Below are positions 28,947-40,630 of a stretch of 64,000 nucleotides of DNA, piece by piece. The stretch's first letter is position 1. Each line of letters begins with the position of its first letter. Below the pieces are notes generated by a model, which was not told the DNA's origin, searched no databases, and saw nothing but the letters and a program-made list of their open reading frames with translations. The DNA comes from Sphingomonas sp. (GTDB lineage Bacteria; Pseudomonadota; Alphaproteobacteria; Sphingomonadales; Sphingomonadaceae). Position numbers and translations under genes: made by a program. The stretch spans positions 9,374 to 73,373 of the forward strand of contig JAKFUX010000011.1 in NCBI GenBank assembly GCA_021732465.1, given 5' to 3'.

Positions 28947-30272
28947 TCAGATCGCCGCCAGCGCCTGATCGAAATCGGCGATCAGATCGTCGGCATCCTC
29001 CACGCCAATCGATATCCGCACCAGATTGTCGGTGATGCCCAGCGCCGCCTTGCGGGCTTCGGGGACCGACAAATGCGTCATCCCCGCAGGATGGCTCGCC
29101 AGCGTCTCTGTGCCGCCCAGCGACACCGCCAGCTTGGCAATCCGCAGCGCATCAAGAAAGGCGAAACTCTCCCGCTCGCCGCCCTTCAGGAACAGTGAAA
29201 AGGTACTGCCTGCGCCCATATCGTGGCGCTGATAAATATCGGCCTGGCGCTCGTCGCCCGGCGTGGACGCAAGGAAACCCAGATAACCGACCCGATCTAC
29301 CTTTGGGTGATCGCGCAAGAACGCGCAGACCTTGGCGGCATTTTCGCCCGCGCGCGTCATCCGTAATTCCAGCGTCTCCAGGCTGCGCAGCAGCATCCAC
29401 GCGGTGTTGGGATCGGTGATAGTGCCAATCGTGTTGCGCATCAGCCGGATCATGTCGATGTGCTTTTTCGAACCAAGCAGCGCGCCTGCCACCAGATCGG
29501 AATGGCCGCCGACATATTTTGTCAGCGAATAGACGACAATATCTGCCCCGTGCTGCAATGGCTGGAACCAGAGCGGCCCCAGAAATGTGTTGTCGATCGC
29601 AATCGGCGGTTTGTCTGGCGAATCGCCAAACACCGCGTCACGGGCAGCGGCAACGGCCTGTACATCGACCAGCGCGTTGGTCGGGTTGGCGGGGCTTTCC
29701 AGATAGATCAGCGCAACACGCCCCATGGCGTTGGCCTTGGCCATCACGGCATCGATTTCCGCACGCGTCGCGCCGGCTGGAAAATCGACGAAATGAACAC
29801 CAAACCGGCCCAGAATGCGCGCGATCAGCGTTTCTGTGGCGGCATAAAGCGGCCCCGAATGGATAATCGTGTCGCCAGCGCGCACCATCGACAGGAACAA
29901 TGTCGCGATGGCGGACATGCCGCTGGAAAAGGTCAGCGCGTCCTCGGCATCTTCCCACACGCCCAGCCGGTCTTCGAGGATTTCCTGATTGGGGCCGTTG
30001 AAGCGCGAATAGACAAGCCCGTCCGATCCGCCCGGGCGCTTCCCTGTCACGCCCTCAAAATGGCGCTTGCCCGCGGCCGCATTGGGAAACACGAAGGTCG
30101 ATGTAAGGAAAATCGGCGGCTTCAATGATCCTTCCGAAAGCACCGGATCATAGCCGTGCCCCATCATCAACGTCGACGGTTTCAACTTTCGCCCGCCGAG
30201 CTTGTCGACCTTTGGCTTGGGGTGGCGGCGCGGCGTGGTCCCGGTAAGGTCGACTTGGGTTTCGTCGGTCAT
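28947..30272 (-). CDS. Cys/Met metabolism PLP enzyme (cystathionine gamma-synthase/methionine gamma-lyase family)
   Basis: YSRF, SSGMSA, ESPANP, DNTF, SLTKYVGGHSD, AVSLGG. Confidence 0.92.
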   Translation of the reverse strand: MTDETQVDLTGTTPRRHPKPKVDKLGGRKLKPSTLMMGHGYDPVLSEGSLKPPIFLTSTFVFPNAAAGKRHFEGVTGKRPGGSDGLVYSRFNGPNQEILEDRLGVWEDAEDALTFSSGMSAIATLFLSMVRAGDTIIHSGPLYAATETLIARILGRFGVHFVDFPAGATRAEIDAVMAKANAMGRVALIYLESPANPTNALVDVQAVAAARDAVFGDSPDKPPIAIDNTFLGPLWFQPLQHGADIVVYSLTKYVGGHSDLVAGALLGSKKHIDMIRLMRNTIGTITDPNTAWMLLRSLETLELRMTRAGENAAKVCAFLRDHPKVDRVGYLGFLASTPGDERQADIYQRHDMGAGSTFSLFLKGGERESFAFLDALRIAKLAVSLGGTETLASHPAGMTHLSVPEARKAALGITDNLVRISIGVEDADDLIADFDQALAAI

Positions 30273-30369
30273 CGGCTGGGTGTCCTTTGCGGGGGTGGGG
30301 CCATATAGTCTCTAGCGATACTAAACCGGTAGCGATAGCGCCTGCGATGTCAGCGCTGCCGGACCTCGA

Positions 30370-31413
30370 TTACGCCCCCTTCCGAATGATGATCCCGAAA
30401 CAGGTGGCGACAAAGCCGTCGAGCGCAAGTTTCAAGTGGAACGCCTCGCCCAATGCCGCAACCGCGGTGTCACCCGTTCCTGCATAGTAAGGCGGTATAT
30501 CGATAAATCGGTCCAGCGGCTGGTGGCCGAGATCGAAATCGAACGCCGCCACCTCATGGCCTTGGGCGCGCAGCCGATCAGCAAGCTCTTCGAGATGCCG
30601 ACGTTGAAACAGAACGGTCGGCCAGTTATCGACCGTTGGCCCGTCGGCCTCGCAGTTATACTCCATCGTATGGACGCTCAGCCCCCCGGGGTTGAGCGTT
30701 TTCAGCGACGCTTCGATAAAGTCCAGGCCCTGCTTGATGCTCCCCAGATGCTCGACCGCGCACATCGACCAGCAGAAATCAAAACCGGTCAGATCGGCTG
30801 GAATATCATTCATGTCGGCAACGCGGAACTCGACTTGCCGATCAAAGGTCTCGCGATCGACAAGATGGGCGTGAAACGCCTGATCGAGTGATCGGGCATG
30901 CTGGCTCGAATCGACCCAACCTTTTGCCCGCGCTGCCTCCATTTCCAGATCGGTAACGGTGACGGCGATGCCCTGCGCCGCAAAATAGCTTGGAAATGGC
31001 TCCAACCCGCAGCCGAACCCCAGGCCCCGGGCACCGGGTCGCAAAAAACCATGCTCATATACCGCCTGGGCGACATAGGTGATTTCCCAAAGTTTGCGGT
31101 GATAGATGATGCCGGCCTTCAGTTCGTTCGCCCAATAGGCACACCAGTCGCTTTCGATATCGGCCTGAGTTGATGCCTTGGATGCCAGGCCGACATGCCG
31201 GGCGGCGAGATCGGTGCGCACAGGAAGCGCTTCATGCGCGCGACGGGCAAGATCATAGCCGAACGCTTTGATGTTCAGCTCCATGATCCGGACGCTGTTG
31301 GCGATCCTGGCGATCTCATTGAGATTGGGCTGGCTCTGCGGTCCGAGCGGTTGTGCAAGGGCATTCACGCCGCGCCGCAGCCATCGACGAAGCGCGCGTG
31401 ACAATGAAAACAT
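30370..31413 (-). CDS. Class I SAM-dependent methyltransferase
   Basis: HRKLWE, GLGFGCG, DMN, FDFCWS.CAVEH, LNPGG. Confidence 0.85.
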   Translation of the reverse strand: MFSLSRALRRWLRRGVNALAQPLGPQSQPNLNEIARIANSVRIMELNIKAFGYDLARRAHEALPVRTDLAARHVGLASKASTQADIESDWCAYWANELKAGIIYHRKLWEITYVAQAVYEHGFLRPGARGLGFGCGLEPFPSYFAAQGIAVTVTDLEMEAARAKGWVDSSQHARSLDQAFHAHLVDRETFDRQVEFRVADMNDIPADLTGFDFCWSMCAVEHLGSIKQGLDFIEASLKTLNPGGLSVHTMEYNCEADGPTVDNWPTVLFQRRHLEELADRLRAQGHEVAAFDFDLGHQPLDRFIDIPPYYAGTGDTAVAALGEAFHLKLALDGFVATCFGIIIRKGA

Positions 31414-31490
31414 AAAAGCCTCGGGCGCGGTTGATCGATACGCAGTCGCTACTTCGGTATTGCGATATTACCAATTCGTTTTTGATGTGA

Positions 31491-32252
31491 TTACAACCCG
31501 ATCAGCGAAATTTGTCGTCCGTAATCGGGTTCGCCCAAATGCGTGGCGCGGCGATAGCTGAAGAAACGTGCCGGATCGGCATAGGTGTCCAGCCCCAGCA
31601 TTTCGACGGTACCAACGCCTGCATGGGCAATGCGGTGGGCAACATAAGCTTCCAGATCGAACTGCTGATGGCCGGGCCTTCCCGGCGAAAAGAAACGCTC
31701 GGTCGCCGGATCATCGTCGGCGAAGCGGGCGGCGAAATGATCATCCACTTCATAACTGGCGCGCGCAATGCACGGCCCGATGGCGGCGACGATCCGTTCG
31801 CGCTGCGCCCCCAGTGTGATCATCGCGTCAACCGTGGCGTCGGTGACCCCGCCAAGCGCGCCCTTCCAACCCGCATGGGCAGCGCCAATCACACCGGCGG
31901 CCTTGTCTGCAAACAGCACCGGAACGCAATCGGCGGTCAGGATGCCAAGCAACAGCCCGGGCCGATCCGTCACAAGCGCGTCTACGCGCGGGCGTGCCGC
32001 GTCGTCAAAGGGCGCGGTGACGATAACCGCTTCGGCTGAGTGAATCTGATACAGCGTTACCAATGTGCTGCCCGGGGCGACGGCGGCAATTGCCCGGCGC
32101 TGATTCTCGATTAGCGCGGGCGTTGGTGCCTGATCACGCCGCCCCATGTCGAGTGATGCCATCGCGCCGGTGGAAACGCCGCCGCGCCGCCCCAGAAAGC
32201 CATGCGCTACCCCGTCAAGCGCCTCCGACAGAATGACGTCGACGGGAGTCAC
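31491..32252 (-). CDS. pgeF: Peptidoglycan editing factor PgeF/YfiH
   Basis: RRGGVS, QIHS, TADCVP, AHAGWKG, FFSYRR. Confidence 0.93.
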   Translation of the reverse strand: MTPVDVILSEALDGVAHGFLGRRGGVSTGAMASLDMGRRDQAPTPALIENQRRAIAAVAPGSTLVTLYQIHSAEAVIVTAPFDDAARPRVDALVTDRPGLLLGILTADCVPVLFADKAAGVIGAAHAGWKGALGGVTDATVDAMITLGAQRERIVAAIGPCIARASYEVDDHFAARFADDDPATERFFSPGRPGHQQFDLEAYVAHRIAHAGVGTVEMLGLDTYADPARFFSYRRATHLGEPDYGRQISLIGL

Positions 32253-32776
32253 AAAACCAGCTGCATGATCAGGTCTCGGTCAATTTGTGTGCCGGTGGGA
32301 AAGGCATAGTCGCCGATATGGGCAAAGCCATAGCGTTCGTAGAATCGCTTCGCGCGCAGATTTTCTTCCCACACGGTCAGCACCAAGGCGGTGGCCGAAC
32401 GGCGGCGTGCCTCGTCGATCGTCCAATCCATCAATGCCTGTGCTACGCCCCGCCCGTGCCAATCCGCAGCGATATAGAGTTGGCTGAGTTGCAACGCGCC
32501 GGGCAGTACCGAAGGATCTTCCAACCACACGGGCGACAGTTTGACATAGCCGATGATGGCGTCTTGCGCGCACGCCAGCCTGAAATGATGGGCGGGATCG
32601 GCCAGGCTGCGGATCAGTGCACCTTCGGGGCCATAGGCCTTGTCGAGATAGAGCGCGATATCGCTGGCGGGCGCTGAATGGGCAAAGGTTGCCACCCAAA
32701 TCTTTCGGGCCATGGCGTCAAGCGCGGGGCCATCTGCCAGCAATGCGTCGCGATAGGTGACTGGCGCGTCGGTCAT
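32249..32776 (-). CDS. GNAT acetyltransferase (PaiA-like)
   Basis: HGRGVA, VWEENLRAKRFYERYGF. Confidence 0.9.
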   Translation of the reverse strand: MTDAPVTYRDALLADGPALDAMARKIWVATFAHSAPASDIALYLDKAYGPEGALIRSLADPAHHFRLACAQDAIIGYVKLSPVWLEDPSVLPGALQLSQLYIAADWHGRGVAQALMDWTIDEARRRSATALVLTVWEENLRAKRFYERYGFAHIGDYAFPTGTQIDRDLIMQLVL

Positions 32777-33840
32777 GCAAATCCTGCGGGTTGTGGCCAT
32801 TGCGGGGCGGTGGTGGCGAGCGCCTTGAACAGGCGCCCCATCTGATCAGGCGATATCAGCCGATCACGATCAGCGCTTACCCCGGCTCCCAAAGCGGCCG
32901 CGCGCGCATCAATCCCCAGCGCGACGAGCAGCGCGCCTTGTTCGACTGGCCCGAACGCGCGCACACCCCCGGATTGTGCCGCAGCTGCAAGCGTTGCGAA
33001 ATCGACATGCGCCGTCAGGTCATGTTCGCCGGGGTGTTCGAACGGGTTGGCGAACCGGCCCGACCGTATGGCCTGCAACGTGTCGCCGATCGCCGGGCCT
33101 TCATACCCATAGTCGATCGTCAACATCGCCCCGCCCTGCCGCGCGACCCGCGCAGATAGGTCGCGCATGATGGACACACTGGCGGGCGATGTTTCGATGA
33201 CTGATCCGGGCGCGGCATCGCGCAAATCTGGCGGCAGGATCGCATCAGGCACTTTGCCGCCTGCAATGGGCAGGAACAGCGTATCCTGACAGGCGACAAG
33301 CCGTTCGTGCCACCCGCCAGCGCCGCGGACCATCTGGCGGATCGGCAGCGCATCAAAAAACTCGTTGGCGATGATCAGCAGCGCATCGTGATCAGGGAGC
33401 GTGGTGGTATCCTGATGCCAGATCGCATCAGGAACGCGCGTTGCCTGCGCCGCGCGCAGCGTGGGGCTGGTTTCGACGAAGTGTACCGGCGGCGTCAGCC
33501 CGGCCTTGGCCATCACCCGCAGCGCATCGGCGGCCAGCGTACCGCGCCCTGGCCCCAGCTCGACATAAGCGACCGGCGGCTGCCCGGCCCGGTCCCACAG
33601 ATCAGCCAACCACGCGCCGATCAGCTCGCCGAACATCTGGCTAATCTCGGGTGCGGTCGTGAAATCGCTGCCCAGCGGATCGCGCGTGCCGTAATAATGC
33701 GCATTCGCTGCGGCCATATATTGCGCAAGCGAGATTGGCCCGGCGAGGGTAATCGCGCGGGCCAGCCGATCGGGCAGCGCGGCTTCGATACCCTCGCTCA
33801 TCTCAGGCGGCGCTTTCGGCTCCGGCAACCGGCTCGACAC
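32773..33840 (-). CDS. NDUFAF7/MidA-family SAM methyltransferase
   Basis: [43 protein letters not shown]. Confidence 0.92.
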   Translation of the reverse strand: MSSRLPEPKAPPEMSEGIEAALPDRLARAITLAGPISLAQYMAAANAHYYGTRDPLGSDFTTAPEISQMFGELIGAWLADLWDRAGQPPVAYVELGPGRGTLAADALRVMAKAGLTPPVHFVETSPTLRAAQATRVPDAIWHQDTTTLPDHDALLIIANEFFDALPIRQMVRGAGGWHERLVACQDTLFLPIAGGKVPDAILPPDLRDAAPGSVIETSPASVSIMRDLSARVARQGGAMLTIDYGYEGPAIGDTLQAIRSGRFANPFEHPGEHDLTAHVDFATLAAAAQSGGVRAFGPVEQGALLVALGIDARAAALGAGVSADRDRLISPDQMGRLFKALATTAPQWPQPAGFA

Positions 33841-34675
33841 GCTGGCGGCGACCTTTGGCGGTCGCGATCAGATAGGCACCGCCCAATATCATCGGCACGC
33901 ACAACCATTGGCCCATGTGCAGGCCGGTCGCCGCCGCGAATTCGCGCAACTGCTCATCGGGCTCACGGAAAAATTCAACCGTAAAACGCGCGATCCCATA
34001 GCCCCCGACAAAAATGCCGACGAGCTTACCCGGATCATAGCGCATCTTGGTGCGCCAGAAACAGAACCACAGGACAGCGAACAGCACCACGCCCTCCAGC
34101 CCAGCCTCATATAACTGGCTCGGGTGGCGCGCGACGTCATCGCCGGTGCGCGGGAAAATGATTGCCCAGGGCGCGTTGCTCGGCTTGCCGTACAGCTCAC
34201 CGTTCACAAAATTCGCCAGCCGCCCGAAGAACAGGCCGAACGGCACCGCGCAGGCGACATAATCATGCACGCGCAGCCATTGCAGCCCCTGCGACCGCGA
34301 AAAAAGGATCAGGCCAATCGATGTGCCAATCACGCCACCGTGGAAAGACATGCCACCGTCCCACAATCGCAAAATCTGCAAGGGGCTCAGCAACATGGTG
34401 GGTTGATAAAACAGCACATACCCTATTCTGCCGCCCAGGATGATCCCCAGTGTGGCGTAGAAAATCAGATCATCGGCATGGCGCCGCGCCATTGGCGATC
34501 CGGGCTGGGCGACAAGTTTCAGCAGATACCACCAGCCGATGACGATCCCCGCGATATAGGCGATCGAATACCATTTCAGGCTGAACCAGCCGATCCGGAA
34601 AATCGTGTCGTTCAGCCCCAAATCGGTAAACCGGATATGGTCGGCGGCGGTTGTGGCGATGGTAGACAGGATCAA
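33803..34675 (-). CDS. lgt: Prolipoprotein diacylglyceryl transferase
   Basis: [39 protein letters not shown]; TTG start approximate. Confidence 0.95.
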   Translation of the reverse strand: MILSTIATTAADHIRFTDLGLNDTIFRIGWFSLKWYSIAYIAGIVIGWWYLLKLVAQPGSPMARRHADDLIFYATLGIILGGRIGYVLFYQPTMLLSPLQILRLWDGGMSFHGGVIGTSIGLILFSRSQGLQWLRVHDYVACAVPFGLFFGRLANFVNGELYGKPSNAPWAIIFPRTGDDVARHPSQLYEAGLEGVVLFAVLWFCFWRTKMRYDPGKLVGIFVGGYGIARFTVEFFREPDEQLREFAAATGLHMGQWLCVPMILGGAYLIATAKGRRQRVEPVAGAESAA

Positions 34676-34742
34676 GGCTTTTCCCCAGGCTGCGAAGCTT
34701 CCATAAGGGGGTCTTACGACAAGACCAATAGGGGAGAGACGA

Positions 34743-36455
34743 ATGCCGAGTGAGCTGGACCGCCGAATTGATAACGGCATTGCCGCACTCACGGCGCTGA
34801 ATGGCCAGATGCCCGTTGTTCCCGTTGAGTTGAAGGGGCTTAGCTATCCTACAATCGCGGTCGCTCCGCCGGCGCTCAGCTATTATTTCGCGCATTTTTC
34901 GACATTGCATGGCGACAAGACGTTTCTTGTATCGGGCGACGAGCGGCTGACCTTTGCCGAGGTTTATGCCCTTGCCCAGCAAACCGCCCGCGCACTGGTT
35001 GATGGCTGCGGCGTGAAACCCGGTGACCGGGTGGGCATCGCCATGCGCAACTCGCCGTCATGGATTGCGCTGTACATGGGAATCCTGATGGCAGGCGGCA
35101 TCGCGACCCTGCTGAATGGCTGGTGGCAGACTGCTGAGCTGGCCAGTGCAATCGCCGATGTCGATTGCGCGCTGGTGTTTGCCGATGCGCCCCGTGCCCA
35201 ACGGCTGGAGGAGGCAACCGGGCTTGGCGCGCAGGTGATGGCGATCGACGACAGGCTCCCGCTTGCCACTGCGCTTGCTCCCTTGTTCGCGCGCGGCGGC
35301 AGTGAGGCAACTGTGCTGCCCATGCTGCGCGGCGATGATGACGCGACGATTTTGTTCACCAGCGGATCAACCGGCCAGTCCAAGGGAGCGCTCTCCGATC
35401 ACCGCGCGGTGACGCAGGCGGTTTTCAACTATCTGATCAGCGCGTTGATGATGCTTGGTATTTCCAGTGAAGACGGCAATCCGGTGACCACGCAGCACGC
35501 CACGCTGCTCAACGTGCCGTTGTTCCATGTCACGGCCGAAGTGCCTGTGTTCCTGCAAAGCTTTGCCATGGGGCGTAAGCTGGTGCTGATGCCCAAATGG
35601 GATGCCGAAGAGGCAATGCGGCTGATCGCGCGGGAGAAAGTAACCTATTTCGTCGGCGTGCCGCTGATGAGCTTTGAGATACTGACGCACCCCAAGCGCC
35701 CCGACTATGACCTATCAACAGTGACCGATTTTGCCGCTGGCGGTGCGCCCCGCCCGGTCGAGCATGTCCGCCGGTTGAATGAAGAAATGGGCGGGGCTGC
35801 CCCGCTGCTGGGCTATGGGCTGACCGAGACGAACGGCATTGGCTGCGGCAACTTCCGGTCCAATTATCTCGCCAAGCCCAACTCTACCGGTCGCGCCTCT
35901 GTCCCGTTGGTTGATCTGGCGATTCTGGACGGGGCAGGCAAGCCGGTCGCGCAGGGGCAGCGCGGGGAGGTGGGCATCCGATCGATCTGCAACTTCAAGG
36001 AATATTGGAACCGGCCCGATGCCACGCGCGATGCCTTTACGCAGGATCGCTATTTCCTGACGGGCGACATCGGGTACCTGGATGAAGATGGCTATCTGTT
36101 CATCGTGGACCGCAAGAAGGACATCATCATTCGCGGCGGCGAAAACATCTCGTGCCAGGAAGTCGAAGCCGCGCTGTATGAGCACCCCCATGTCGCTGAA
36201 GCCGCCGTGTTTGGCCTGCCCGATGAACGGCTTGGCGAGGTGCCGGGAGCGGTGGTTCATATCCGTGAGGGCGAAATCGTCGATCCACAAACCCTGTGCG
36301 AGTTTCTGGCCGCGCGCATTGCCGCGTTCAAAGTGCCGCAGCGGATCTGGATCATGGACGGTCCGCTCCCCCGCCTCGGCACCGAAAAGATCGACAAGGT
36401 GTCACTTCGCGCTGCGTACCGCGCGATCCATGCCGAAGAAACAGCCGCTGCATGA
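34743..36455 (+). CDS. Long-chain acyl-CoA synthetase (ANL superfamily)
   Basis: [34 protein letters not shown], terminal K. Confidence 0.92.
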   Translation: MPSELDRRIDNGIAALTALNGQMPVVPVELKGLSYPTIAVAPPALSYYFAHFSTLHGDKTFLVSGDERLTFAEVYALAQQTARALVDGCGVKPGDRVGIAMRNSPSWIALYMGILMAGGIATLLNGWWQTAELASAIADVDCALVFADAPRAQRLEEATGLGAQVMAIDDRLPLATALAPLFARGGSEATVLPMLRGDDDATILFTSGSTGQSKGALSDHRAVTQAVFNYLISALMMLGISSEDGNPVTTQHATLLNVPLFHVTAEVPVFLQSFAMGRKLVLMPKWDAEEAMRLIAREKVTYFVGVPLMSFEILTHPKRPDYDLSTVTDFAAGGAPRPVEHVRRLNEEMGGAAPLLGYGLTETNGIGCGNFRSNYLAKPNSTGRASVPLVDLAILDGAGKPVAQGQRGEVGIRSICNFKEYWNRPDATRDAFTQDRYFLTGDIGYLDEDGYLFIVDRKKDIIIRGGENISCQEVEAALYEHPHVAEAAVFGLPDERLGEVPGAVVHIREGEIVDPQTLCEFLAARIAAFKVPQRIWIMDGPLPRLGTEKIDKVSLRAAYRAIHAEETAAA

Positions 36456-36492
36456 TCTGGCGCACACCGCCCCGTCACGATAGAGCGGGGCG

Positions 36493-38742
36493 ATGGCCAA
36501 GGGTGGGATAAGCGACAAGATCAAGCAGGGTGTAACCCGGCGCGGCCTGCTCATTGGTGGCGGCGCTGGGACCGGGCTGCTGATTGCCTGGGCGATCTGG
36601 CCGCGCAAATACCTGCCAAATCTTACCGCTGTGGCAGGCGAGACGATTTTCGGTGCCTGGCTGAAAATTGGTGAGGACGGGCATGTAACGGTGGTGGTGC
36701 CGCAGGCCGAACATGGCCAGGGCGTTTACACCACCATGCCGCAGATCGTGGCGGATGAACTGGGTGCCGACTGGCGGCGTGTGGGCGTGGAACCTGCCCC
36801 GCTGAACCCGCTTTACGCCAATGATCTGGGCGCGGGGGAACTGTTCGAGGGCGTGTTTGCCGGGATTCCCGAAACATTGAAGCGCACCCACGCGACGCGC
36901 ACCGCGCTGGTCTTGACGGCGGGATCAAGCTCGATCCGTAATTTTGAGGGGGACCTTCGCCAAGCGGGTGCTGCGGCCCGGGTGTTGTTGAGCAAGGTGG
37001 CGGCAGGGCGCTGGGGTGTGGACTGGCGCGAGTGCACCACCCAGGGCGGTTTCGTGATTCACGGCAAGAAAAAGCTGGGATTTGGAATCCTCGCTGCTGA
37101 TGCCGCCAGTGAAAGCGTCCCCGATCCGCTGCCCCTGCGTCAGGGAGAGGCTGGGCGCCTATCCGGTCAGTCGCTGCCGCGCATCGATGTGCCGTCAAAG
37201 GTGGATGGATCAGCCGGGTTTGCAGGCGATGTCCGCTTGCCCGATATGGTGTTCGCCGCGATCCGGCAGGGGCCGGTGGGTGACACGCGCCTCACCAAAA
37301 TCAACCGTACGGCCGCAAGCAAGATCAGAGGCGTGTTGGAGGTGATTGAGCAACCGCGCTGGGTTGCCGTGGTTGCCAATAACTGGTGGGCGGCCAACCG
37401 CGCGCTGGATGCCCTGCTGCCCACATTCGAAACCAGCGGCGCCATTATCAACACGGACAGCATTAATTCCGCGCTGTCCGCGGCGTTGGCGGGGCCAGGC
37501 CAGCGCATGGCCGCACAGGGTGATCTGGCGGCGGTGTTCAAGGGCGCGCAGGTGGTAACCGCCGATTATCAGGTCGGGCTAGCGGCGCATGCAGCGCTGG
37601 AAACGATGACCGCGACCGCGCGGTTCGACAAGGGGCGGCTTGAGCTTTGGCTGCCAACCCTTGCTCCCGGCCTGGCGCGGGCGGCGGCGGCAGCAGCGAT
37701 TGGCATTTCGCCCGATTCGGTCATCGTCCATCCGATGCTGATCGGCGGATCATTCGGCGCTAATCTGGAACATCAGGTCGCCGAACAGGCCGCCGTGATT
37801 GCGCAGCGGATGAAGCGACCGGTGCAGCTTGTCTGGTCGCGCTATGAAGATCTGCTCCACGACCGGTATCGCCCACCGGCGGCGGCGCGGATGACCGCGC
37901 GACTGGGACCGAACGGGACGATTATGGGCTGGCTCGCCAAGATTGCCGCGCCAAACACCGGACGCGAACTCGCCAATCGGCTGACGGTGAACGACGCCGC
38001 CGTGCACGCGGCGCTGGCGCTAGAGGGGCGGGGCGATCCCTATGCCGTGGCAGGTGCGCTGCCCTTTTATCGCTTCCCGGCCTATGCGGTCGACCACCAT
38101 CCGGCGGAAATTGGCGTGCCGACCGGCCATTGGCGGTCAGGTGCGCATAGTTACACCGCGTTCTTCAACGAATGTTTTCTTGATGAACTCGCCCATGTGG
38201 CCGGCACCGAACCGCTGTCGTTCCGGGTGTCAATTACCGCTGAACCACGACTCGTTCGCTGCCTGTCGACTGTCGCGGCGCTCGGCGGCTGGGAAGGCGG
38301 CGTGCCGGGCAGCGCACAGGGCATCGCCTGCCACAGTTTTCGCGGTAGTCACATCGCGGTGCTGGCAGAGGCGCATTTTGAAGATGGCCAGCGTCCGGTG
38401 GTCGACCGGCTGGTCGCGGCGGTGGATTGCGGTCGGCAAATCAATCCCGATATCGTTCGTCAACAGATTGAAGGCGGTTTGATTTTCGGGATGGCAGGGG
38501 CGTTGGGCGGATCGACCGGGTTTACCGAAAATGTCGCCGACGCGCGCAGCTTTGCCGATCTGCGCCTGCCTCGGCTTGCCGATATTCCTGACATTACGAT
38601 CGAAATGATTCGCAGCGAAGCCGAACCGGGTGGCGTGGCTGAACTGGCGGTGCCGCCGGTCGCGCCAGCGATTGCCAATGCACTTCAGGCAAGTGCGGGG
38701 TTTCGTTTGCGGCGGTTGCCGTTTACCGCATCCGCAGCATGA
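36493..38742 (+). CDS. Molybdopterin oxidoreductase large subunit (IorB/xanthine oxidase family), Tat-like signal
   Basis: TRRGLL, EHGQG, GGSFG, WRS, DCG..INP..QIEGG, GGVAE. Confidence 0.88.
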   Translation: MAKGGISDKIKQGVTRRGLLIGGGAGTGLLIAWAIWPRKYLPNLTAVAGETIFGAWLKIGEDGHVTVVVPQAEHGQGVYTTMPQIVADELGADWRRVGVEPAPLNPLYANDLGAGELFEGVFAGIPETLKRTHATRTALVLTAGSSSIRNFEGDLRQAGAAARVLLSKVAAGRWGVDWRECTTQGGFVIHGKKKLGFGILAADAASESVPDPLPLRQGEAGRLSGQSLPRIDVPSKVDGSAGFAGDVRLPDMVFAAIRQGPVGDTRLTKINRTAASKIRGVLEVIEQPRWVAVVANNWWAANRALDALLPTFETSGAIINTDSINSALSAALAGPGQRMAAQGDLAAVFKGAQVVTADYQVGLAAHAALETMTATARFDKGRLELWLPTLAPGLARAAAAAAIGISPDSVIVHPMLIGGSFGANLEHQVAEQAAVIAQRMKRPVQLVWSRYEDLLHDRYRPPAAARMTARLGPNGTIMGWLAKIAAPNTGRELANRLTVNDAAVHAALALEGRGDPYAVAGALPFYRFPAYAVDHHPAEIGVPTGHWRSGAHSYTAFFNECFLDELAHVAGTEPLSFRVSITAEPRLVRCLSTVAALGGWEGGVPGSAQGIACHSFRGSHIAVLAEAHFEDGQRPVVDRLVAAVDCGRQINPDIVRQQIEGGLIFGMAGALGGSTGFTENVADARSFADLRLPRLADIPDITIEMIRSEAEPGGVAELAVPPVAPAIANALQASAGFRLRRLPFTASAA

Positions 38743-39761
38743 TTCTTTCCGCCCATCACCTGCCTGCCGATCACCCCCCCGTCCCGCCTCGCAAGCTGGG
38801 GGTGTTATTGACGAATCTGGGCACGCCCGATGGGCCGGATACCAAGTCGGTTCGGCGGTATCTCGCCGAATTCCTGTCGGACCGCCGGGTTGTCGAGATT
38901 CCGCAAATCCTATGGCAGCCCATTTTGCGCGGGATTATCCTGAACACGCGGCCGCAAAAATCGGCAGAGGCCTATGCGCAGGTATGGGGGCCGGACGGAT
39001 CGCCGCTGGCAAGCATCACCAAGGCGCAATCGGCAGCTTTGCAGGGCGCGTTCGGTGCGCATGTGACGGTCGATTGGGCGATGCGTTATGGCAAGCCGTC
39101 CATCCCGGAACGATTGCAGGCGATGAAGGATGCGGGGTGCGACCGGATTCTGCTCGCGCCGCTTTATCCGCAATATTGTGGGGCAACGACCGCGACGGCC
39201 AACGATAAAGCGTTTGAGGCGCTGTCAGCGATGCGCTGGCAGCCCGCCATGCGCACCCTGCCTCCCTATTTTGATGATGCACTTTACATTGATGCGCTTC
39301 GCCAATCGATTGTGGCCGGGCTGGAAAAGCTTGATTTTGTTCCCGATGCGCTGGTGGTGAGTTTTCACGGCATGCCGGTGCGCACCCTGGAACTGGGCGA
39401 TCCATATCACTGCCACTGCCAAAAAACCGCTCGGCTGCTGGGCGAAGCGCTCGGGCGACCAGTGGTGATTACTTTTCAGTCCCGCTTTGGCCGGGCCAAA
39501 TGGCTGGAACCCGCCACCGACGACACGCTTGAGGCATTGCCGGGCAAAGGCATTAAAAAAATCGCGATTATCGCCCCGGGCTTTTCCGCCGATTGCCTTG
39601 AAACACTGGAAGAACTGGCGATTCGCGGGCGGGAAAGTTTTGAAGAACATGGCGGTACGCATTTTGGCTATATCCCCTGCCTGAATGACAGCGACACCGG
39701 GATCGCCATGTTGCGCGCACTGATCAGCCGCGAACTTGAAGGCTGGCAAATCCCGTCCTAA
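38739..39761 (+). CDS. hemH: Ferrochelatase
   Basis: NLGTP, FLSDRRV, MRYG.P, PLYPQY, SFHG, FQSRFG, DCLETLEE. Confidence 0.96.
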   Translation: MILSAHHLPADHPPVPPRKLGVLLTNLGTPDGPDTKSVRRYLAEFLSDRRVVEIPQILWQPILRGIILNTRPQKSAEAYAQVWGPDGSPLASITKAQSAALQGAFGAHVTVDWAMRYGKPSIPERLQAMKDAGCDRILLAPLYPQYCGATTATANDKAFEALSAMRWQPAMRTLPPYFDDALYIDALRQSIVAGLEKLDFVPDALVVSFHGMPVRTLELGDPYHCHCQKTARLLGEALGRPVVITFQSRFGRAKWLEPATDDTLEALPGKGIKKIAIIAPGFSADCLETLEELAIRGRESFEEHGGTHFGYIPCLNDSDTGIAMLRALISRELEGWQIPS

Positions 39762-39795
39762 AGTCGCGGGATAAGAAAAGGCTAGGAGAGAGAAT

Positions 39796-40518
39796 ATGGC
39801 ACGCGTCGCAATCGTAACCGGGGGAACGCGTGGCATTGGGGAGGCGATCAGCATCGCGTTGCGCGAAAGTGGGCTGACCGTTGCGGCAAATTATGCCGGC
39901 AACGATGCGCGCGCCAAGGAATTTACCGAACGCACCGGGATTGCCGCCTTCAAATGGGATGTGGCGGATTACGATGCCTGCCAGGCCGGTTGCGCTGCCG
40001 TCGTTGACGCACTTGGCCCGGTTGATGTGCTGGTCAACAATGCCGGCATCACCCGCGACGGCACGATCATGAAGCTGACCTATCAAGCATGGAAAGAAGT
40101 GATCGACACCAATTTGGGTGGCTGCTTCAACATGGCAAAGGGTGTGTTTCCGGGGATGCGGGATCGCAAATGGGGCCGGATCGTCAATATCGGATCGATC
40201 AACGGGCAGGCCGGGCAATATGGCCAGGTGAATTACGCCGCTGCCAAATCGGGTATTCACGGCTTTACCAAGGCATTGGCGCAAGAGGGTGCTAAGGCAG
40301 GCGTTACCGTCAACGCCATCGCACCGGGCTATATTGATACCGATATGGTCGCTGCCGTGCCTGCCGATGTGCTGGAAAAAATTGTCGCGAAAATCCCTGT
40401 CGGGCGATTGGGCCAGGCAATGGAAATCGCGCGGGCAGTGGTGTTTTTGTGTTCGGAGGATGGCGGGTTTGTCACCGGATCGACGCTGAGCATCAATGGC
40501 GGCCAACACATGTACTGA
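39796..40518 (+). CDS. phbB: Acetoacetyl-CoA reductase
   Basis: TGGTRGIG, NNAGITRD, GQYGQVNYAAAK, INGGQHMY. Confidence 0.95.
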   Translation: MARVAIVTGGTRGIGEAISIALRESGLTVAANYAGNDARAKEFTERTGIAAFKWDVADYDACQAGCAAVVDALGPVDVLVNNAGITRDGTIMKLTYQAWKEVIDTNLGGCFNMAKGVFPGMRDRKWGRIVNIGSINGQAGQYGQVNYAAAKSGIHGFTKALAQEGAKAGVTVNAIAPGYIDTDMVAAVPADVLEKIVAKIPVGRLGQAMEIARAVVFLCSEDGGFVTGSTLSINGGQHMY

Positions 40519-40573
40519 CGGGCGCGGGCGCCTGCGGTAAATTGGGGCCAGATCGTTAGGGCCCAGATAGTTA

Positions 40574-40601
40574 GGGCCCGGTCTCTGGTGAGACCGGGCC
40601 C
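40574..40601. terminator. GC hairpin between convergent genes
   Basis: Perfect 12-bp stem GGGCCCGGTCTC-TGGT-GAGACCGGGCCC, preceded by a 15-bp tandem duplication (40546-40575). Confidence 0.65.
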
Positions 40602-40630
40602 CGCCCTCGATACGCTACGCGAGGGAAGAC

